Positions 31,456 to 41,133 are shown, numbered from the stretch's first letter. The stretch is DNA of 64,000 nt from Gammaproteobacteria bacterium (GCA_965221955.1 CBDCTA010000028.1:96001-160000); one strand, 5' to 3'. Made by a program: numbers and translations. The notes: generated from the sequence alone by a model not told the origin.

Positions 31456-31800
31456 TTATCTTGCTTTAGTAACGGTAACTTCCATATGTTTAGACAATGG
31501 CATACCTGTTCCAGCAGTATCCGATGCCATCAATTCACTTGAAGGTGGCCCATACGGAATAAAAATCATTCCTGAGGGAAGGTCTTCATCTTTTTTACTT
31601 TTACAGGTCACTACAGTTTGGCCAACCTCTGACTTCAAACGAATTTTGTCACCATCTTTCAACTTAAGTCGCTTCATGTCTTTTTCATTCAGCTCAGCAG
31701 TAGAGGTTACTTTCTTATATTCGTCTTTAAGCTTGCCTTCATTTAGAGATGTCCCCTGGCTTTGTGACCGGCCGGGTACAAGTATCATGGTCTCCGCCAT
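31456..31800 (-). CDS. fwdD: FwdD molybdopterin-dinucleotide-binding subunit
   Basis: PGRS..QG, GMIFIPYGP, TAGTGMPLSK; directly upstream of fwdB. Confidence 0.88.
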   Translation of the reverse strand: MAETMILVPGRSQSQGTSLNEGKLKDEYKKVTSTAELNEKDMKRLKLKDGDKIRLKSEVGQTVVTCKSKKDEDLPSGMIFIPYGPPSSELMASDTAGTGMPLSKHMEVTVTKAR

Positions 31801-32159
31801 CTAGGATTCCTTATAAATACAAAAAGTAATAAGTTTTTACTGTAAGCGAGAGAAAATAGATCTTAGGCCAAATTTCGTTCCACCAAACGTATTCGATGAG
31901 AAAAACCGCCAATTGTCTACCCCAAATTTAAGGTAAAGAGGTAGTGTGTGCTAACTCTGCAGAGATATAATGTTAGCATATTTAACTTAATTTACACCTG
32001 CTTTAGCTAATATTTGAGGCTATATAGGGGTTAAAGCTGGGTAAGAAATAAACAGTTACAGCAAGTTAGCAACTAGCTTGAACAGGCTATAATTCGCTAC
32101 ACTAAACTGATAAGAACAATTGAATACCATAATAACAACCCTATTCAAGGAGATTTTCC

Positions 32160-32432
32160 ATGCCTAAATACATAATTGAACGTGAAATACCAGGTGCCGG
32201 TGATTTGACAGCTGCCGAGCTTCAAGGTATCTCGCAAAAATCTTGCAGCATTTTGAAAAACATGGGACCACAAATTCAATGGGTAGAAAGTGTTGTCACT
32301 GATGACAAAGTGTACTGCACTTATATTGCACCAAATGAAGATGAAATTCGTAAGCATGCCGAAGAAGGCGGCTTTCCAGCGAATAAGATCTCTGAAATAC
32401 GAGGAATGATTGACCCAACCACTTCTGAATAA
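32160..32432 (+). CDS. DUF4242 family protein
   Basis: MPKYIIEREIPGAG, QIQW..S.V..DK.YC.Y.A, GFPAN.I. Confidence 0.85.
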   Translation: MPKYIIEREIPGAGDLTAAELQGISQKSCSILKNMGPQIQWVESVVTDDKVYCTYIAPNEDEIRKHAEEGGFPANKISEIRGMIDPTTSE

Positions 32433-32444
32433 TCTCAATAAAAT

Positions 32445-32572
32445 CTAATTACATCGAGATTTTGATTTAGTATGAAGCGCAGTGCTTTCGAGAAGCAGAG
32501 TTTACATTTAAATAAATGAGCATCGCTGAAAGTACTGCAACGAAGTAATAGATCAAAAGATCACGTAATTAG
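32445..32572. repeat. ~130-bp nested palindromic element (RPE/MITE-like), copy 2
   Basis: CTAATTAC/GTAATTAG ends; TTTTGAT/ATCAAAA; GCAGTGCTTTC/GAAAGTACTGC; core AGAGTTTAC..TAAATGAG; AACGAAGTA. Confidence 0.65.
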
Positions 32573-32859
32573 GGAGAACCGAAGATACAACCAGAGTTAG
32601 TCACTACAATCGGAAAATCTCTAATGTCACGCATTACTTGCGCCACATTGTAACTTGTTAATAGTTCTCTGATCTCGTCTACTTCAACCTCAAGCAGACA
32701 CTCATCCATTACGCGTAATGTATACGTTGTCTCATTTTCGACAACATAAAAATTTAGGCTTTCATTTTTCTCATGCTCCCATTCTTCTACGTTAGCACTA
32801 GGAAAATGTTCAGAAATATATTCCAGAACAGGTTTTGCAAAATCATTTCGATTCAGCAT
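32569..32859 (-). CDS. Hypothetical acidic protein, last gene of the mtoX-associated run
   Basis: 96-aa ORF 4 bp after a TlpA gene. Confidence 0.65.
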   Translation of the reverse strand: MLNRNDFAKPVLEYISEHFPSANVEEWEHEKNESLNFYVVENETTYTLRVMDECLLEVEVDEIRELLTSYNVAQVMRDIRDFPIVVTNSGCIFGSP

Positions 32860-32863
32860 GCAA

Positions 32864-33538
32864 TTAGTTTGGTATTAGGTTTGTCGTATCACACTGATCA
32901 TTCGACCAACCAAAAGTTTTCTCCATGAAGTTAGCAAAAAATGACTTCTTTTTAGCAACGGGAGCTTCTTCTACTGATTCACCATTCTCTGCCATGCGTT
33001 CATATTTAGCCACCATACTGCGCAAAAAAGAAATCATATCAGGCGAATCCCACTCTCTTTCACCCACTGCCTTATAAACAATATTACCTTCTGGATTAAT
33101 TAAGAACGTGGTCGGAAGCCCTTGCACACCCCAATTTGCCAAACTCATATCTTTATCAATCAAAATGGTAAAAGATACGGGTACCGACTCTAAAAACTTT
33201 TTAACTCCTGCAAGACTTGGCCCCACATGAACACCAACCACCTCCAGACTTTCATCATTAAACGCATTATGCAAGTTACTCATGGCTGGCATTTCTTCAC
33301 GACATGGTGCACACCAAGTTGCCCAAAAATTTAGTAAAACAAATTTACTTTTATAATCATCCAAGCTCTTTTTACTGCCATCAATTCCTTCAAGATTAAA
33401 GCCACTAGCCTTAGGCGAACCACTAACTGGGTCCATTAACTTTCCAGCCCATACAGAGTTAACACCTATTGAAGCAAATATAAAAATAAACAATAGCCTA
33501 TTCATTAGTTTCCTAATCTTTAAGTTTGTAAAATCCAT
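32864..33538 (-). CDS. TlpA/ResA-like thiol-disulfide oxidoreductase
   Basis: NFWATWCAPCREEMP, GLPTTFLI; signal peptide (start may be MNRLL). Confidence 0.9.
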   Translation of the reverse strand: MDFTNLKIRKLMNRLLFIFIFASIGVNSVWAGKLMDPVSGSPKASGFNLEGIDGSKKSLDDYKSKFVLLNFWATWCAPCREEMPAMSNLHNAFNDESLEVVGVHVGPSLAGVKKFLESVPVSFTILIDKDMSLANWGVQGLPTTFLINPEGNIVYKAVGEREWDSPDMISFLRSMVAKYERMAENGESVEEAPVAKKKSFFANFMEKTFGWSNDQCDTTNLIPN

Positions 33539-33582
33539 AGTACTGCTTAGATAGCTGCTCTACCAATAAGTTCTTCCGTTGA

Positions 33583-34101
33583 TTAACTTTGCACTGAAAG
33601 CCCTTGCTCTTCATCACTTTCTAAGATGCTTTGTATAAAATCGATCATGAATGGCGAATTCCATACCCTCGTACCTACTGCTCTATAACGTATATTTCCT
33701 TGCGGACCAACGATAAATGTTGTCGGTAAAATTGGAATACCCCATTCTCCCAGCTGCAAGTCTATATCAAACAATACTGTGTAAGTGACTTTATTCAGCT
33801 CTAACACCTCCTCAACCCCGTCATAGTTGTCTCCAGCATGGATTGAGATCACTGCAAGTTTTTCACTATCTAGTAATTCATAGGCGCTTTGCAAAGTAGT
33901 CATTTCGCTTTTACAGACATTGCATGACATGGCCCAAAAATTTACCAGGACATATTTACCGCGAAAATCAGCAAAATCATGCTTATCACCTTGCAAATCA
34001 AATAAAGAAAAATTCTTTGCTATTACATTCGGTGGGTAAGAATCCAGTAGACGCCCTTCTTCAGCATATAATGGTAGCAAGATCAAAAAGCTTACGAGCA
34101 C
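33583..34101 (-). CDS. TlpA-like thiol-disulfide oxidoreductase
   Basis: NFWAMSCNVCKSEM, LPTTFIV. Confidence 0.85.
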   Translation of the reverse strand: MLVSFLILLPLYAEEGRLLDSYPPNVIAKNFSLFDLQGDKHDFADFRGKYVLVNFWAMSCNVCKSEMTTLQSAYELLDSEKLAVISIHAGDNYDGVEEVLELNKVTYTVLFDIDLQLGEWGIPILPTTFIVGPQGNIRYRAVGTRVWNSPFMIDFIQSILESDEEQGLSVQS

Positions 34102-34231
34102 AACAAGAAAAAAGATAATTTAGACAAAACTAAATTTCTCAGATTTTATTCTCATGCGCTCTGGGACTCTTGGACAAACATATTTACTTGATTTTATTTC
34201 GTGTGCCCTGGGTTACTGGTTAACCAAACAA

Positions 34232-35590
34232 TTATTTAATCTTATTCTCATGCGCCCAATTCGGATCATCTGCACTGATATCACCAATTGGTGCAGCAAA
34301 AGCATCTGCCACGATGGTAGCTACATTACTACCCGTTAGCGATTCAAGAAATGCAACGACATTATCCATTTCTTCGTCAGTTAAGCCTAGCGGTTTAATC
34401 AAAGGACTCAGCACTTCATTAGGTACTCCGCCTTGATTATAAAACTCCATGACTTCACGCAATGTTTGCATAGAGCCATCGTGCATATATGGAGCAGTTA
34501 AAGCAACGTTTCTGAGTGTGGGAGTACGAAACTTCCAGCGATCATTTGGATTTTCTGTGACTTCATAACGACCCAAATCATTTTCTTTAGGTCTGGACAC
34601 TCTCTTAATAACTTCATTATCTAATTCAGTGAACACTCCTGGGGCCAATTGCACACGCGTAGTTTTAGAGATAGACCCCATCGATGCTTGATAACCGAGA
34701 CCAGTATTATGTAACTGGTCATCCGCAAATAAAGCATAATCTTCATGCACCAAGTGACAAGCAGTGCAATTTCCTTTACCACTAAAAGTTTCAAATCCGC
34801 GTTTCACTTGCTCGCTTACTGCATCTTCCTGCTTGCCAAAATACCAACGATCAAATGGAGAATCTGCAGAATTTAAGGTGCGCTGATAATTAGCAAGTGC
34901 CATGCCTATCGTTTCCATTGTAGGCCCCCGTCCATTAAAAGCTTTTTCAAACAAACCATCATACTCAGGAATCGCTTTGATTTTATTAATCACATAGCCA
35001 ATAGATGGATTTGCCATTTCATTACGTGCCAAAAAAGGTGCCCAAACTTGCTGCTCTAAAGTAGATTCTCTTCCATCGTGAAATATCTTACCTAGATAAG
35101 CAACGTTATAAATCATGGGTGAGTTTCGCTTACCTGACCGCCCTTCTACACCTACTGCAGTTTGAATTTCATTATTAGTAAAACCTTGTTCAGGGATATG
35201 GCATATCGCACAAGAAAAAGTATCATTAATTGACAAGCGCCGATCAAAAAATAATTTCCTACCAAGGGATACTTTTTCTTTTGTGACAGGGTTACTTTCT
35301 GGCACTGGAACCGCGGGCAACCCCAATGGTGGATTATTAACAAAAACCAGTAGATCCGTTTCTATACCAATACGTTTTTGCAAATCTAAAGCATTTGTCT
35401 TGTAATCAATTGAGTCATAACCTTGTTTATTATCTCCCGGACCAAATATATGTTTATTACTTATCTCCTCAGACTCAACTTCCTGTTGAGCAGAGCTATG
35501 CAAATTATTAGACAAAAGTAATAAAGCCAAAATACCAAACAAGATTATAGTATTTATAAAATAAATTTTTTTTTGTTCAAATAGCTTCAT
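34232..35590 (-). CDS. mauG: Diheme cytochrome c peroxidase/MauG-like (MTO maturation)
   Basis: CAICH and CTACH heme sites, LGRKLFFD, FRTPTLRNVALTAPYMHDG; downstream of mtoX-sco. Confidence 0.85.
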   Translation of the reverse strand: MKLFEQKKIYFINTIILFGILALLLLSNNLHSSAQQEVESEEISNKHIFGPGDNKQGYDSIDYKTNALDLQKRIGIETDLLVFVNNPPLGLPAVPVPESNPVTKEKVSLGRKLFFDRRLSINDTFSCAICHIPEQGFTNNEIQTAVGVEGRSGKRNSPMIYNVAYLGKIFHDGRESTLEQQVWAPFLARNEMANPSIGYVINKIKAIPEYDGLFEKAFNGRGPTMETIGMALANYQRTLNSADSPFDRWYFGKQEDAVSEQVKRGFETFSGKGNCTACHLVHEDYALFADDQLHNTGLGYQASMGSISKTTRVQLAPGVFTELDNEVIKRVSRPKENDLGRYEVTENPNDRWKFRTPTLRNVALTAPYMHDGSMQTLREVMEFYNQGGVPNEVLSPLIKPLGLTDEEMDNVVAFLESLTGSNVATIVADAFAAPIGDISADDPNWAHENKIK

Positions 35591-36336
35591 TGTTTAATTG
35601 CATCAATTGTTAAAATTCCATCTTCAATTAGGAGCGTTTTTATATCCGCGCTAACAAGCTGATCATGCAAAAAAGATACACTGTATTCTTGCCTAATATT
35701 CTTATTTCTATCGATTAAGAATGCGCGTAATACATGTGCCATTGCACCTGTATACTCACCATTTTCGTCATACTGCTTAATTACCATTTGCCCAAATTCA
35801 TTGGCAATCGGTAATAACGCTTCTTCGGAAGCTGTAGTAAGAAAATGCCATTCAGGTTGTCCACCTTCAAAACCAGCTCCATATAACTTCATCACTTCAG
35901 GGGTATCACGCTCAGGATCAAAACTTACACTTACTAAACGAATTTTATCTGCTAGTTTTGGATACTGTTTAAATCTATCTTTAATCTTATAAAAGACTGC
36001 TGTTGCCAAAGGACAACCATTAAGGTCAGTACAGCTGCTATATATAAATGTAAGTAATACTATTTTATCTCCGTACAAACTACTTAAATCTATTTCTTTG
36101 CCTTCAACGTCTAAAACGATTCCTCCAGCAGCCTGATTAATTTTTGATAAAGAATAACTTCCAGGCTGTGGCACCTCATACGGTAGCTCGGTCACCCATC
36201 CATCGGCAATTATTCTAACCTCACTTGCTACAACATCTGCATGTGATCCAGGCAAAGGCGCATCATTGTCAATTCCCTGTTCACATGAAATTAATAACAA
36301 AGTTAATGCTAATAGTATTAGTCGTGTAATCTTCAT
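35587..36336 (-). CDS. SCO1/SenC copper chaperone, lipoprotein
   Basis: LLLISC lipobox, YSSCTDLNGCP, SFDPERDTPE, AH. Confidence 0.85.
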   Translation of the reverse strand: MKITRLILLALTLLLISCEQGIDNDAPLPGSHADVVASEVRIIADGWVTELPYEVPQPGSYSLSKINQAAGGIVLDVEGKEIDLSSLYGDKIVLLTFIYSSCTDLNGCPLATAVFYKIKDRFKQYPKLADKIRLVSVSFDPERDTPEVMKLYGAGFEGGQPEWHFLTTASEEALLPIANEFGQMVIKQYDENGEYTGAMAHVLRAFLIDRNKNIRQEYSVSFLHDQLVSADIKTLLIEDGILTIDAIKQ

Positions 36337-36366
36337 CTATGAAAATTTTTGTAGTACTGTTTTCAG

Positions 36367-36401
36367 AAAAAACAAGGCCGCCTCTATGGGCGGCCTTGTT
36401 T
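36367..36401 (-). terminator. Intrinsic terminator after mtoX copy 1
   Basis: AAACAAGGCCGCC-tctatg-GGCGGCCTTGTTT. Confidence 0.8.
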
Positions 36402-36445
36402 AAGTAACTTAAATTGCCGTTACATTGAAGTAACCGCTCCTATCC

Positions 36446-37825
36446 TTACTTTACATAAGACATCATTTTACCGCTAGAGTTCGGCTTTTGCGAGTAAAGT
36501 GAATATGCCCCAAACCGCATTTGATGCGCACGACCCAGCTTTAATTCGTAAAAATCCACTTCAAACTCAAGGTTAAGTTTTTTACCATCCCAAGTAAACA
36601 ATTTTAAAAATTGCTCATTATCCTCACCCGTCTTATCCCAGTTACTTAACAAAGAAGTTGTATAGTAGTTTCTCTTACCATCCCAACTTTGTGAAACCAT
36701 GTTCACTTGCCTACCAATCTGAGTCTCATAGGTTTGTTTAGGCGCAAAAGGGTCTGAGATATCAAAATAACGAGATGTGCCATCCATAAAGGTTTGTACC
36801 CAAAGGCCTTGATCATCCGCAGTAATTGAGATATCCACTGGTAAAGGTACCTTAGAAGGATCGCCAATATCGGCAACGTCTTTTGACTGCCATTCACCGG
36901 ACTCATCTTCATATATTAAATATAGTTTTGAAGTTAACGCAGTACTTGTAATACACCAATTATTTTCAGAACGCCAAGCACAGCGAATTTCTAGTGGTGC
37001 ACCTGGCACATCCAGAACTTTCTTAGGCTTACGAGTGTGCAAATCCCAAACCACAACGGTGTTACCAAAGCGTTTCATCGCTTCTGGATCGGCCAACATT
37101 TGACCAAAATCCATCATGTAGTTGGACCAACCAGTGAACGACGTTGTAACCATTATGTTACGTCGTGGTAATGCTCGAATGTCATAACCATAGCCATCCG
37201 CATATTTACCACCTTTCTTAGCACCGCGAAGATCTTCATCGGTAGGATTCCAGTAGGCAGCAATAAAGTCACCTTTGTTGGTATATTCAGCAAGCCCGGT
37301 ACGACCGCCATGGTCTACATTGTTCGATAATCCATTAATGATCATGCGACCCGGCAGTGCATATAGTGTATGTGGCCCTACCATGCCACCTGTCTTCTCA
37401 ACAAAATCTGTGATCACTTTGTAAAGCTTAGGCTTACCTGGGTCAGTGTGAACATCAAAAATAAAAATTTTACTACTGTCCAAACTACCCGCAAAAAGGT
37501 ATTTACGATCATCCGTTAAACCAGAGTGATGCGCTTCATTACGACCACCTACAGATAAAACGTTTACAACTTTTCCATATGTATCTGCATTTGGGTTAAC
37601 AGAAACTGTAACAAGCTTATCTTGCTCATCACCCATTCCTTCAACACCTAATGTCCATACATATACATAGTCCTCTTGCCCTACAATTTTTGCCATGTAA
37701 GGGGACATGCATGTCTCATCTGCCATTGCGGTAGATTGGAAACCAATTACAGAGGCAAACAGTACACACGTGAATGTGATGATGCTCTGCATCCATTTGG
37801 TTTTTGATACTGCCTTTCTCTTCAT
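36446..37825 (-). CDS. mtoX: Methanethiol oxidase (SBP56/SELENBP1 family), intact copy
   Basis: Signal then ADETC.SPY, GGRNEAHH, GPHT, GYGYD, FTGW, LL.NWDK, AHQMRFG; sco-mauG follow. Confidence 0.93.
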   Translation of the reverse strand: MKRKAVSKTKWMQSIITFTCVLFASVIGFQSTAMADETCMSPYMAKIVGQEDYVYVWTLGVEGMGDEQDKLVTVSVNPNADTYGKVVNVLSVGGRNEAHHSGLTDDRKYLFAGSLDSSKIFIFDVHTDPGKPKLYKVITDFVEKTGGMVGPHTLYALPGRMIINGLSNNVDHGGRTGLAEYTNKGDFIAAYWNPTDEDLRGAKKGGKYADGYGYDIRALPRRNIMVTTSFTGWSNYMMDFGQMLADPEAMKRFGNTVVVWDLHTRKPKKVLDVPGAPLEIRCAWRSENNWCITSTALTSKLYLIYEDESGEWQSKDVADIGDPSKVPLPVDISITADDQGLWVQTFMDGTSRYFDISDPFAPKQTYETQIGRQVNMVSQSWDGKRNYYTTSLLSNWDKTGEDNEQFLKLFTWDGKKLNLEFEVDFYELKLGRAHQMRFGAYSLYSQKPNSSGKMMSYVK

Positions 37826-37893
37826 GTTTTTACGACTCCATATCTTAATAGATTGTGATAAACCTAAGAGCGTACTCCCCCCAGTTACTGAAT

Positions 37894-37913
37894 TAACTGA
37901 CCAGTATCAGTTA
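37894..37913. promoter_or_regulatory. Palindrome upstream of mtoX copy 1 (possible operator)
   Basis: TAACTGA-ccagta-TCAGTTA; half-site TCAGTTAGAAA repeated upstream of copy 2 (39587-39597). Confidence 0.4.
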
Positions 37914-38019
37914 GAAAACAATTATGACTTTGCTATAACTAATTACCTAACTTGGCGTTAATCACGATTTATAAAGTCATTGAATATTTTTTTAATTGTC
38001 TTTTATCTTTCATATCCAC

Positions 38020-38046
38020 AAAAAAGGCCGCCTAAAGGCGGCCTTT
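38020..38046 (-). terminator. Intrinsic terminator after mtoX copy 2
   Basis: AAAGGCCGCC-taaa-GGCGGCCTTT with an A-run on the plus strand. Confidence 0.8.
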
Positions 38047-38094
38047 ATTTTGTAATGCAATCTGTTAGTTACATTATTAAAATCGTACTTTTAT

Positions 38095-39477
38095 TTACTT
38101 TACTTGAGTCAACATTGTGTCGCCAGAACTTGGCTTTTGTGAGTAAAGTGAATATGCACCGAATCGCATTTGATGCGCACGACCTAATTTTAACTCATAG
38201 AAATCTACTGTGAACTCATGAGACAACTTCTTACCATTCCATGTGAAAAGCTTGAAGTATTGCTCGTCCGCTTCACCCGTCTTATCCCAGTTACCAAGTA
38301 GAGACGAGGTAAAGTAGGCGCGCTTACCGTCCCAACTTTGTGAAATCATGTTTACTTGGGAACCAATTTCATGCTCATAAGTTTGTTTTGGAGCATGTGG
38401 GTCAGAGATATCAAAGAAACGAGTTTTGCCATCCATAAAGGTTTGAACCCACAAACCTTGATCGTCTGCTGTGATAGAAATATCAACAGGAAGTGGCACT
38501 TTAGAAGGATCACCAATGTCACCAACATCGGCAGCCTGCCATTCACCCGCATCATCTTCATAAATTAACCAAATTTTTGAAGTTAATGCAGTAGTAGTGA
38601 AGCAAGTAATTATTATTTGAACCCCATGCGCAACGAATTTCTAGTGGCGCACCCGGAACATCAAATACTTTCTTAGGCTTACGTGTATGTAAATCCCAAA
38701 CCACAACGGTGTTACCAAAAGCGTTTCATCGCTTCTGGATCTGCCAAGCATTTGACCAAAGTCCATCATGTAGTTGGACCAACCAGTGAATGAAGAAGTA
38801 ATCATTACATTGCGACGTGGTAATGCTCGAATGTCATATCCATAACCATCCGCAAAATTTCCGTCTTTTTCTGCACCACGAAGATCTTCATCGGTAGGAT
38901 TCCAATGAGCAGCTACGAAATCACCTTCGTTGGTGTACTCAGCAAGACCTGTACGACCACCGTGGTCAACATTGTTTGATAAAGCACTTACCATGATACG
39001 ACCTGGTAATGCATACATTGTATGAGGACCTACCATACCACCTGTTTTTTCAACAAAGTCCGTAATCACTTTGTGTAACTTAGGCTTAGCTGGGTTTGAA
39101 TAAACGTCAAAAATGAAGATTTTGTTGCTATCCAAGCCACCCGCAAAAAGATATTTACGATCATCCGTTAAACCAGAGTGATGCGCTTCATTACGACCAC
39201 CTACAGATAAAACGTTTACAACTTTTCCATATGTATCTGCTTCAGGGTTAACAGAAATAGTAACGAGCTTATCCTGTGCATCGCCCATCCCTTCAACACC
39301 TAATGTCCAAACATATACGTAGTCTTCCTGTCCTACAATTTTCGCCATGTAAGGAGACATGCAAGTCTCATCTGCCATTGCGGTAGATTGAAAACCAATT
39401 ACGGAAACAAACAAAACACATGTAAATGTGACGATGCTCTGCATCCATTTGGCTTTTGATACTGCCTTTTTCTTCAT
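38095..39477 (-). pseudogene. mtoX: Second methanethiol oxidase copy broken by three 1-bp insertions (true pseudogene or sequencing error)
   Basis: 1383 nt versus 1380 nt for copy 1; one extra A each near 38604, 38717-20 and 38746; both halves closely match copy 1. Confidence 0.85.
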
Positions 39478-39865
39478 TACTTATAACTCCATATTTATAG
39501 ATTTGATTTGATCAGATAAGTTATCTAGAAAATCTTCAAACTCGAACCATACTAGCCGTCCGACTCATTTTTTAAAATGATTCAAGTCAGTTAGAAATTA
39601 GTCGTGACATTATGCCGCATCTAGTAATCCAATCAAAGATATATCATTCTTCCTCAAATTGCAGAAAAAACAATATGCTAGTCAGTTTATTAGACATAAA
39701 CTAAACGCATTCGATCACTTTACATCATGAATAATTTGATACGATCTACTAATTACATAAGTCATTGTAATTACTGAAGAAATAGAATGCACACATTCTA
39801 GTTTAGGGAACTGCTAGAGTTTAATCGGATCAAATTGGAAAAAGGTTAACTAATTACAAATTTTT

Positions 39866-40435
39866 ATGTTGAATGCAACTCGCTATCTAATACTATTTTC
39901 GATCATAGCCTTATTTCTATCGTACTCTTATGCCGATGAAACTAGTATTGGCGGGGATTTCGAACTCATTTCTCAACAGAACCAGCCTTATTCATCTCTG
40001 GATGCTCGAGGGAAAGTGGTGATGTTGTTTTTCGGTTTTACTCACTGCCCTGATGTATGCCCAAATACACTTGGGACTGTGCAAACAGTACTAGGACAAT
40101 TAGGTGATAACGCTATTCATGTTCAACCCATCTTCATTAGTGTCGACCCTCAACGTGACACCCCTGAAGTACTAAATAATTATTTAAAATATTTTGGTAA
40201 TAATTTCATAGGGTTAACAGGTGCATCTGAAAAAATAGATGAAGTTGTTGAACAGTTCCAAGCGTTCTATACATATGAAGGAAATACTGCAACTGGACAT
40301 TATACTGTCGACCACACGTCAAATTTGTACATTATTAACCCTACCGGCGAGGTCACAAACATTATTCCATACGGTTTACCTCCAGAGCCCATAACGAATG
40401 CAATTGAAAAATTACTTGCTGAGATAAAAACTTAG
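39866..40435 (+). CDS. SCO1/SenC copper chaperone (canonical)
   Basis: FFGFTHCPDVCP, ISVDPQRDTP, YTVDHT. Confidence 0.92.
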   Translation: MLNATRYLILFSIIALFLSYSYADETSIGGDFELISQQNQPYSSLDARGKVVMLFFGFTHCPDVCPNTLGTVQTVLGQLGDNAIHVQPIFISVDPQRDTPEVLNNYLKYFGNNFIGLTGASEKIDEVVEQFQAFYTYEGNTATGHYTVDHTSNLYIINPTGEVTNIIPYGLPPEPITNAIEKLLAEIKT

Positions 40436-40478
40436 CAGTACTTATTCAAGTATTTTAAGAAGATATTCGAGCAACCCC

Positions 40479-40868
40479 TTAGTGCTGTATATAGGCAAAG
40501 CGCTGGTCTTTCGGCGTACCTTCTAAGTCTCCATCTTCTTCAGCTGGTTGCCACATCACTACTTCTTCAATTTTTGCAGCCAGCTCGAAATCCTTGTTGG
40601 TAACTCCCTTAGCAGCATGATTCATCAATTTGCATATCACAAAAGCATAAGAAACAGTTAAATCAGGATGGTGCCAGGCAACTTCAGCTAAATGCCCAAT
40701 CGTATTCACCACCATTAAGGTGCCTTTCCAACTATGAGTTTTATATTTGCGACGAATCCAGCCATTTTCATAAAACCATTCAGGTAATTCTTCGCTTAAG
40801 CGCTGGCTTATCTGTTCTTCGGTATAGGTTTGCTCGGGTTTAATTTCACGCCATTTTGACATATTCAA
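40479..40868 (-). CDS. Pterin-4a-carbinolamine dehydratase-like (PcbD of H4MPT clusters)
   Basis: AEVAWHHPDL, H.AKGVT.KDFELA; divergent from fhcB. Confidence 0.85.
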   Translation of the reverse strand: MNMSKWREIKPEQTYTEEQISQRLSEELPEWFYENGWIRRKYKTHSWKGTLMVVNTIGHLAEVAWHHPDLTVSYAFVICKLMNHAAKGVTNKDFELAAKIEEVVMWQPAEEDGDLEGTPKDQRFAYIQH

Positions 40869-41133
40869 TGACTCCTTAGTTGTTATTTAAATTTATAAAA
40901 CTTATTGTATTTAACTGATTTTTATCAAAATTATGACCAAATCCCTCGAATTTGAGATACATACGATACACTCTCGATACAGTATATTTAATAATGAATC
41001 TTTATAGCGTACGAGAGCCGTCACTTAGCAAGTACCTTCACTCTTGATTAGGTACTATAAGCCTTTCCACACAGCTCCTCTGAAATTCCACACATAAGAT
41101 AATTAAGAATAATTCAGATCGTTTTAATTAGTT

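Noticed and set aside
26547-31800. fwd/ftr genes as a sign of a methanogen or archaeal contamination
   Set aside because: Flanking genes are bacterial (rapA, slyX, ycbB), composition looks continuous, gene order mirrors bacterial fhcBADC, and no mcr/mtr/hdr genes are present.
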